Shown piece by piece: positions 54,971-64,000 of a stretch of DNA of 64,000 nt. The position numbers were made by a program, and so were the translations under genes. The stretch's first letter is position 1. Every line of letters begins with the position of its first letter. The stretch spans positions 40,796,001-40,860,000 of the forward strand of contig OZ024746.1 of NCBI GenBank assembly GCA_964016885.1, given 5' to 3'. Under the pieces are notes generated by a model. The model saw only the letters and a list, made by a program, of their open reading frames with translations. It searched no databases and was not told the DNA's origin. This stretch comes from Eledone cirrhosa (Eukaryota).

Positions 54971-55092
54971 GCTGTTGTTGATCCAACTAAGATGTGAAGA
55001 AGCGAGCTGTTGTTGATTCAACTAAGATGAGAAGAAGCGAGCTACTGTTGGTTCAACTAAGATGTGAAGAAGCGAGCTGTTGTTGGTTCAAC
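54971..55092 (+). repeat. 35-bp tandem repeat, about 3.5 copies
   Basis: GCTGTTGTTGATCCAACTAAGATGTGAAGAAGCGA at 54971, 55006, 55041 and 55076. Confidence 0.92.
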
Positions 55093-55249
55093 AAACCTAT
55101 GATCAAAGTTATTCCAGTCATGACTATCTCGACCTTTAGTAGGAGTGTCAAAGTCTGTATCTTTTTCTAAGACGGTGCGGTGTGATATGAGGCAGAATTG
55201 GCGGCTATTTCAAGCAGATTGAGTAACTATGTAGAGGCTTCTTCTTTGG

Positions 55250-55630
55250 TTCATGTAGGAATGGGATCGTTGCAACATGTAGGGATGTGATGGTTGCAAC
55301 GTGTAAGGATGAAATGGCTGTGACATGTAGGGATGAGATGGTTGCGACATGTAGGGATGGGATGACATGTTCTGATGAGATGAACACGTGTAGATATTGG
55401 ATGGTTGTGGCATATAGGGATGAGATGTCATCCCATTCCTACATGTCACAGCCATGTGATGAGATGAGCACATGTACAGGTGGGATGATTGTGACATATA
55501 GGGATGGGATGGTTGCGACATGTAGGGATGGGAAGGCTACATGTAAGGATGAGATGACAACATGTGACGAGATGAGCACGACACTATTGGGATGGCTACA
55601 ATATGTAGAAACGAAGATGGCTGTGGCATG
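55250..55630 (+). repeat. Minisatellite with a unit of about 24 bp (GATGGTTGCGACATGTAGGGATGA) and one inverted partial unit
   Basis: Seen directly. CATCCCATTCCTACATGTCACAGCCAT at about 55429-55455 is inverted. Confidence 0.9.
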
Positions 55631-58600
55631 CTGCAGCCATCTCGTTTTTTGTAACTACAGTTAAAGATGAAAGGAATGGATAGTACACTTCTAATACTTG
55701 TAGAATATAGATTGTACACTCTCAATACTCGTAGAATATACATTGGGAAATATAAATATTTACGTGCTACCACTGACACACACACACACAAATTGTATAC
55801 TACAAAACAAACTGTTCGTTTTAAAGTGTCGTTAAAACAGTTGGCTGTGATTATTATGTAAAGACTTCTATTTACTCGTGCTGTTTAAATAAGCTTAATC
55901 TTCACAGTCAGAGCCGACAGCAGGATCACGGAATAAAAGTGAGTCACCTGCCCCTTTTCATCCACCTGCTGGCTAAATTCTGTTAGATTTTCAACAAAAA
56001 TCTGTAGGCAAGAGGAAATGTTGATAAACTGCTTAAATACACAAAAGTGCACAACAAACAATGCTTAGTGTGTAATTAAATTCATTTCTGTGAGCTGTCT
56101 TACTACAATCACCAATAACACCCGTCTTGCTAAGTTCAACATAGTTACAAGCAGCTGGCTTCGTTTAAGTAAACGAAGCGTGGTGCTATTGTCAAACTAA
56201 AGCGCTACCAACACAAGCAATATTTAACATGTCTCCACCACCACCGCTACCGCCTCATTCATGGGACTGTATAAATGACAAATTGACACTGAGTGTGTAA
56301 TATAAACCCATTGATGAAACTGCTGGTAAACATATCAGTAGTTTCAATAAAGGTAGTCGAGAGAAAGACGAAAAATTAAGTAATTTATATACAGCCAAAA
56401 CTTATCTCTAGTGTATCATCTATCATATTACATAACTGTTGTGTTTATTTGGGGAAGGGGTATTTTTAAACGTTATAATAAATTATTGCTTTTTATTCTA
56501 AGAGTATTTCTAACTTTGTATATCATTGATACTTTGACAACAAACGCGAATGGGACTCAGGAGTACGAGAGCAAGTGTCTTTGAAGTAGATAAAGGTGAG
56601 AGAAAAGCGGCAGTTTCATTGCTCGGAAAGAAAATACAAGGATGGAGGAAGGAGAAGAGGAAGGGTGCATGTCTTTATATAATGTGTGTGTATATGTATG
56701 TACGTATGTGTGTGTGTGTACGAGAAACTTTCCTTATTTATGTTGTTCAATATTTTAGTAAGTGTGGTGTGTCGGAAAGCAAATGACAAGCTAGTGTGGG
56801 CTTGAGCCAGCGGAACTGGACCGAGGGGACAGCAAAAGACCAGATGGCATGACAATCTTCCCGTTCCACTGGGGTAGGCTCTTCGTCTGTTGTAACACCT
56901 TCTCTGGCGGAAACCTGGTGCGTTCGGTTACCAGCCCAGGCTTCGCTGTCCGAAGAGGGCAAACTGTTAAAGTTTCGACCGCTTTCGGGTAGGTTTATAA
57001 GAAAATCTGCGGATGGAAACATGCTAAACCTTATATAATTCTGAAAAAAAAGGCAATTAGTAGAATACATTTTCATTAGAATGGGTCCGGTTCTGTTTAC
57101 ATAACTTTGAACTTATGTGTTCAAATGTTTTTTTGTTTGTTTTTGTTTTTTGTTGTTGCAAAAGCTGCTAACTTGGTATTTGAAACAAATCAGTCTCTAG
57201 GCGAAAATTTTGTCCATTTTACATAAATTCTCCACATAAATGAATTAATACAAAAATAAATTTATATAAGCTTTCCTTTCATGCCATCCGAGTAAAGCAG
57301 GTTTTAGATGAACTAAATATCCGGGTATGGAAAGTGGTCAAATCGGCATACCAAATATTTGCAGATAGAATCTCCATATGGGTCCGAAATCTCTACTGAA
57401 TTTTTTCATTTCCTGGTTAACACTGCTTTCATTTGATAGTGAATGGAAGGGATATTATGATATATACATTTTGCTTTTGTAAATAAAATGTAGCTACTGT
57501 TACATGGAATTTCTGTTTATGTTTCTGAGGGCTTAAAATCTTTTTGACACCAAAAATGGGCCGTAAGGAAGAAAATGTTGAGAAACGCAGATTTAAACCA
57601 ATGGTTTCTAACTTTTGAAATAACTGAAGGAAACAGAAACTTTGTTTCAATCTATGTGCAATCTTAACTCATTCTTATCAATAAAAACAGAATTTAGAAC
57701 TTTCCCCGTTTCTCACTTGCTGCCTGTACGTTGGTGTCAAATTTATGAGAAAATACGTATTCCAGCATGATTCTTCCTCTATATGATGTTTTTGTTTTTC
57801 TGGATACTCTGATGTGATTTTGGATACCCTGGCATATGAAGGCCACTATTCAAAATCACTAGAAGTGTTATGTTATGGTCATAAACTGAATATTCCGTCA
57901 AAATGTTGACATTCTATAAACAGAAAAATAACATTTCTATGGGATTTTATAAAAATCAGATACTAGAGTGAAGAAGTACTGTTTCTAAATATTCAGAAAC
58001 TGAATATTGCATGAATATATTGAGGAGGAGGGGGAAGAGGGAATGAGGAGGAGGGGAAGGAATGATGATGATGATGAGAGGATGAGAAGGAACATGACAT
58101 TGTAGGAAACAGGAAGAAAAACCTACTTTTTTTTTCAGTATGTCTCAAAGGATTTGCTCAAAACAGCCATAAGAAATTAAACGAGGCAACCAGACAGTGA
58201 AATTAATTTCTTTCATAGCATCTATATAACTTTCAAACAAACAAAAACATTAGTAGATCTTGAATAACCGTATTTTTTTAACACAGATACCAAGTCCCCA
58301 AATGTAAATTATATGTAGAGGAGTCAAATAAATTAATCATGTGATTATTTATCCTGCTTTAAGAGGGTGAATGGGAGGGATTAACTTAACTGGAAATTGA
58401 AACAGGTTCACAGACACGGTTCATTTGGCAGTTACTTATTGTTTTACAGCGCAAACATTATTGCCATTCTAACACAAGGTGTTTCAAATAAATACACTAA
58501 TTTTTGATAATTTTTCTGACTAATTGACAGTAACGATTTTGTTTTCAATTATCTAATTAAGTAATGTAGATGAAATTTACACAGATGTTCGAGTAATTTC

Positions 58601-59509
58601 CTCTTAAATTTTAAATAACTCTTACATCTTCCGTGGTGTATAATGTAAACCAGTATTTTTATATACTATGTGTTTCAACACAGTAGACGGTCGTCGTAGA
58701 GTTATTCTGTGTGCGTTGTGAATATGTAATTATTAAACTCGTGTAAATCGCGTTTTACGTAAGAAAACCCGTTTTTTTTTGTTTGTTTTTTTTTTCACTG
58801 TTGAGTTAATATTACCAAACTAAGATAATTACTATGCCTACATTGTCTACTACAGAGTACTCACTTACCTACATCAAATCATGTTCTAAACATAACACCA
58901 TACGACCCTCTTCACCGTTTTGGATATTTCTACAAGGCTGCTGGGTGGCAAAGATGTTTAGTAATTTATCAATTAAACACAGGAAATTACTATATATTTA
59001 AGTTAATTATAAAAAATCTGTATAAAACTGCAATCGTTTAAGATTCAGTAATGCGCCACTCTGAGATTAGCGCCCTAGGCGGCTACATAGTTAGCTTAAT
59101 GGTAGCACCAGCCTTGACATACATACACAAACATGCATGCATATTTGTGTGTATTTGTGTATTTTAAAAATTCCTTTCTCTTTTTTTCAAATTCAGCCAA
59201 TTGGTTTGATAACGTCAATGAACTCCACTGGTCATGCTTTTGGATCAAGCCAGATCAATTGGAGGCAGTTGCTCCTGCTAGGACCCTAGACTCTCTCATA
59301 CACACACACAAATGTGTACCCAGCTCAATCTATAAAGTGGTAGTGCCGGCGTCACGATAAAAGGCGTCATGTACAAGCTGTAAAATGATTGGCGTTAGGA
59401 AGGGTATCAAATAGTAGAAATTATGCCAAAGGTGTTAGTGAGATGTGGTCAACCGTTCTATCTAGTCTCAGCAGTTGACAACAAATCTAATCCATGCTAG
59501 CACGTAAAA

Positions 59510-59551
<42 letters not shown>

Positions 59552-60294
59552 TACACATATATATGATACATAGCCGTATGTACAGTTTATTATCATAAAT
59601 TACCGTATTTTTTAGCTGTTTTAACTTCTTTCCAGTTTTTAAATTTAAAAACGAAATTTATATTTATATATATATATATATATATCAGTTGTTAAGTTTA
59701 TTTATGTACGGAGTTAAAACACACTCAACTTGTTTATTTCTATAGATATATATTCGTATATGTATTTATTAAAATAACAGATTAAAGTTTAAGCAAAGAA
59801 TCGCTGCTTTCACCCTTAACGGGATCTTCTGAAACTAACAAAGTCAATCTGTAAACGCAGAAGTGGATATTCGAGCCCTCTTTGGATTTTAGTCTTCAAA
59901 TTTATTATTATTACTATTCGTATATGTATATATGTGTTGAAGTTTGTTTGCAGAGTATTGTTTATATGTGTACGTAGTTAGAACTCACTGCCTCTACTTA
60001 TTTATTCTTACACGTGTATATATGTGTCTACGTCCGCTTTTTCATTCAGGCAGCGATTTACTTTCAGATGATATAAAACAGTTTTTGTCGCCTCTTACGA
60101 CACAACCTAATCTAAAAATCCACATGCCACACATGCACACGGAAAAACTGATTAGGAATCGAAGTCACTAATTAAAATGGATTAGGTTGGACATTAATTC
60201 CAACTTATAACACTAGAATTAATTTCACAGATATTTTATCATCCATCTATCATATTAAAACTGTTGTACACGTAGTGTAAAAGGTCCGTCGCAC

Positions 60295-60297
<3 letters not shown>

Positions 60298-60371
<74 letters not shown>
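60298..60371. repeat. (GA)n microsatellite
   Basis: Seen directly. Confidence 0.98.
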
Positions 60372-60377
<6 letters not shown>

Positions 60378-60529
60378 AAAGAAAGATTATTTATTTACAG
60401 ATGTGTGTGTGACTATTTGTTCAATGAAAAAGAGTTAGTTGATTTAGAATCAGCTAACGTTTACGTAACAGGGATCAAGCACTCAACAGTATATGTTTAT
60501 CTGGAGTTTTGGGGATCGACTAAAGTAAC

Positions 60530-60650
60530 GGTCTTTCGTTTATTATTTTCCGCCAAGGTTAACTTTGCCTTTCATCCTTACGGGGCCGATAAAAGTACCA
60601 GTAATGCACTGGTAAATTGCTGGCCTTGTGCTAAAAGTAGAAACAATTAT
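60530..60650 (+). mobile_element. 5'-truncated SINE family 1
   Basis: Core and tail match 13800-13925. Confidence 0.82.
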
Positions 60651-60661
60651 ATATATGATGA

Positions 60662-60938
60662 TGATGATTTCTTACGAATGAAACAGTTCTAGTCCTGTAG
60701 AAGTCATTTCTATATAAAATTATGTATATACTCTACCAATGTATTGAGTACTTCACTTACTGTGGTTACCTCCGATTGAACCCGGGTCTCAATATATATG
60801 TGTGTGTGAGTCCCAGGTTCAATCGGGGGTCACCACAGTAAGTAAGGTACTCAATACATTAGTAGAGTGTAAACATCAAATTTTATATAGAAATGGCTTC
60901 TACTGGACTAGAAATATTTCATTCGAAAGAAATCATCA
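60662..60938. mobile_element. Repeat family D as an inverted pair with arms of about 130 bp (60662-60790 / 60808-60938)
   Basis: Arms are diverged reverse complements around an AT/GT spacer. Each begins TGATGATTTC....GAATGAAA. Confidence 0.8.
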
Positions 60939-61689
60939 ACTTATAAATAAAGTATTTCCAATGCCATGTTGATCCTTAATAGTTGATGTTGTTTGTAATT
61001 AATTAAACCATGGTATTTCCCCGAAGTCAGCTGGTCAAAACAAAAAAGGTCCTTATCAGGGCCTCCAAGAGAAATTTTGCAAGACGGTACAAGACCCCTT
61101 TGAGGCCCGAAGCAGACAAAGATTTTTCTCAAAATGGATGTTGAGCCTTCTTAGCTCTTGGGCCCCGGAACAAAGTACCGGCTGGACCGCCAGCTTCCTC
61201 TCATAGGCCTTGGTTATATCCAGTCACACAAAACAAAAAGAATTCGAAACTTCAACCTTCAATTGCATGTAGCTAATGATCATTTCAATTAGAGTTGAAA
61301 TAAGTTATTCTAATTTATTTATAGGCCAAAGTTTTATTTCTTTAACTTTTTAGTTTTCATGAAACCATTGAAGTAGTTTAGTTCAAATGCTTATGCTATT
61401 TTTAAATTTCACAAGGAAAAACGAAAGGCGGATTAATATCAATTTCATATAGAGCTAAGTTCATTTAAAGAGAAAACAGTTATTGTTCAAGCTCAATTAT
61501 GATCCCCTCGAGCCATATAAATTTCGGAAGTTTATTTATTGGTAGCCTTTCTTTCGTTTGTTGGCTTTTGCTTCATATTAGCTTTACATACACCACACGA
61601 TACTGACTTCGTATGGTAAAAGTACAAATTTATCACATTTCACATTTTATCACATTTTCCTGACAGTTCTGTGCGTGAAATGTATGGTA

Positions 61690-62018
61690 TGGACCCGTAA
61701 CTCCCGAGGGAGTCGTAGGGGCGCCATATTGACATACGGCGTTTCTAGGGCATTTTTAAAAACCTGGTGGAGCCCATCTCCAGGCCCGAATACAGAAGAT
61801 TTCTTCTAGAGAAGGATAGAGAGAGTGAGGGAAATTAAGTAAGAAAGAGATATAGAGGAACAATCGACTCCAGTACTTGACTGGTACATTTTATCGACCA
61901 TTAATGAATGAAAGGCAAAGTTGACCTCGGCGGGATTTGAATTCAGCGAGCAGAGAGCTGAAATGAATACTACAAAGCATTCTATCCAACGTTCTAACCA
62001 CTCTGCCAATTCGCCGCC
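61690..62018 (-). mobile_element. SINE family 1 long-tail variant, near full length
   Basis: Head GGCGGCGAATTGGCAGAGTGG, core and GC-rich tail. CTGTGCGTGAAAT is duplicated at about 61669 and 62022. Confidence 0.85.
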
Positions 62019-62104
62019 TATCTGTGCGTGAAATAAAATATAACAAAAACTTCAAGCAAACTGTCTGTCTTTAGTTGTCTTAGTCAACGCAACTACTTCA
62101 CCAT

Positions 62105-62420
62105 GCACACGGCATGGTTAAATGGTTAAGAAGTTCTCTTCATAGTTTGTTAGGTCCTGAGTTCGATTCCCAGGATTCTTGGCCAAGTGTCATTGCTTCG
62201 GTTTGACCCATGCCTCGTGAGAGAAATATGGCAGACGGAAACTGTTTGAAAGCCCGTCAAATGATTTACTTGTGATTAAAAGAGTTAGCTTTATCACACA
62301 CTATATCGCGCTGGATCTCCCTAAGAATTACGTTAAAGATATGTGGAATGCTCAGCCACTTAGAAAATTTCACGAGCAGGTTTTTTACGTTCATCGAACA
62401 ACCAAAACACTCATCATCGA
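62105..62420 (+). mobile_element. SINE family 2
   Basis: GGCATGGTTAAATGGTTAAGAAG...GAGTTCGATTCC...GGCAGACGGAAACTG. Confidence 0.75.
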
Positions 62421-62714
62421 AACCGACAGAGGTCTATCATCTATTCCACCACATAAAGCATGTACCGTTGTCGATCCAGTATCTTACGCCTATTGTGCCA
62501 GACAATTCGTGTCGTGTCCTACTTAAGGAAATTCTCCATCCCACTCCGTAAATCATAGAAAAAATTGGGTTCCTGCTTTTACAGAACATTAATAACATCC
62601 GTTGAATTGACGGAAAAGATAATGTTTCGATATCTTTCAGATTGAATGGCTGAGTGAAGAAAATCGACTAAAATATGATACAATGTAAAATAAAGACAGA
62701 TTTGTAAACTATTA

Positions 62715-62915
62715 CAGCCCAAATTTAAAAACCAACCGGTATGAGACCCAGCAGTAAAGACCCCGAACAAGATGGCTGGATAACACCCATGAGCTCGGCT
62801 GGTCTCGCTTGGGGGTCCAGCCGGAAATCCCCAAGCGAGACCAGCTGGAAGGAGTGTTTGAGGACTGTATCCCCTCGACAAGAAGAAGAAGAAGAAACAA
62901 CAACAAGAACAACAA
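62715..62915 (+). mobile_element. RTE LINE 3' end with (GAA)/(CAA) tail
   Basis: Matches 39490-39615 (AGATGGCTGGATAAC...GCTGGAAGGAGTGTTTGAGGACT). Confidence 0.8.
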
Positions 62916-63545
62916 CATTAGAAAAGATAATAAAACTGAAATATTCCAGAGGGGCCGAAGATATTTTGGTGTAGCCATTGTCAAAGATCTACCAACTAAA
63001 AACAAAATATTTCCGTACCTGGAAACTACGTCAAGTTTCAACAGAAACTTTTAGCTGCTCTGTAAGTTGCCATTGTTTTTCACCTTTTTTCTTTTCTTTT
63101 TTATGCTTTCTTTTGCCTCTCATTGTCCTCTGTTTTCTCTTGTTTTATTTTTGTTTTTAACAGTAAGGAGTATTAGACACATTTCTTATTTAATCAAGGC
63201 CTACTAGATGTTTATATGGACCTTTAAATAAATGTACAGAAGCGTTAACTATTTTGTCATGACCTGAATTGGGCGTGACGAAAAGCCACGGGTAATTGTC
63301 TCTATCACTCATCTATGTCTGGGCTTAGATTTCAACTAGCATTGCGTGTTTGATTTTTGTTGCTGTTTTTTGTTGCTGTTGTTTTTTTTTGTTACTCACA
63401 TTATAAACATCTGGGACAGACGGAACGGTGAATGCAGGTACAATAGCTTCATCTCAGATAGTGTATCTTAATCTAATTATATTATTGTTATGACGCCACC
63501 ACTCATACAATTTCATAATGTATCACATGATATTATATCAGAGAT

Positions 63546-63880
<335 letters not shown>

Positions 63881-64000
63881 TCAGGCCCAACACCCGCCAG
63901 GGGGTAATAGTGCCCACTTTGAGAACTTCTGGTGTAGAGTAATGCAGTGAGATTGTATATTACTTGTGTGTGATATGAATAACAAACTAAAGCTAAAATA

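Noticed and set aside
54971-55630. CRISPR-like array
   Set aside because: These are head-to-tail tandem units without unique spacers, in a eukaryotic context with no cas genes.
58860-58880. Second AG|GTAAGT ratchet site on the minus strand
   Set aside because: It lacks a convincing polypyrimidine tract.

Overview
This is AT-rich eukaryotic DNA. The SINE families, giant (TA)n arrays and repeat mix point to an octopus-like cephalopod (inference, not verified). No host protein-coding exon could be recognised; the window looks like a long intron or intergenic region packed with mobile DNA. It contains: (1) a 5'-truncated Penelope-like retroelement (RT C-terminus plus GIY-YIG endonuclease with a CxCx5C linker, Naiad-like) with an inverted pseudo-LTR; (2) several Penelope-type pseudo-LTR fragments, four distinct sequence types carrying complete minimal type-I hammerhead ribozyme motifs, mostly arranged as near-perfect fold-back palindromes inside or beside (TA)n microsatellites; (3) two GC-rich Tx1/L1-clade LINEs with clear target-site duplications; (4) RTE LINE 3' fragments; (5) dozens of tRNA-derived SINEs; (6) a Merlin/IS1595-like transposon remnant, Tigger-like and hAT-like MITEs (one family with consistent 6-bp TSDs), a non-autonomous Helitron and a mariner end; (7) mini- and microsatellites. 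The most notable signals are the hammerhead-carrying palindromes, an internal inversion within the 3.3-kb TA array, a serially reused insertion site, and a candidate recursive splice site on the minus strand. All structures were read by eye; no folding, alignment or database search was run.
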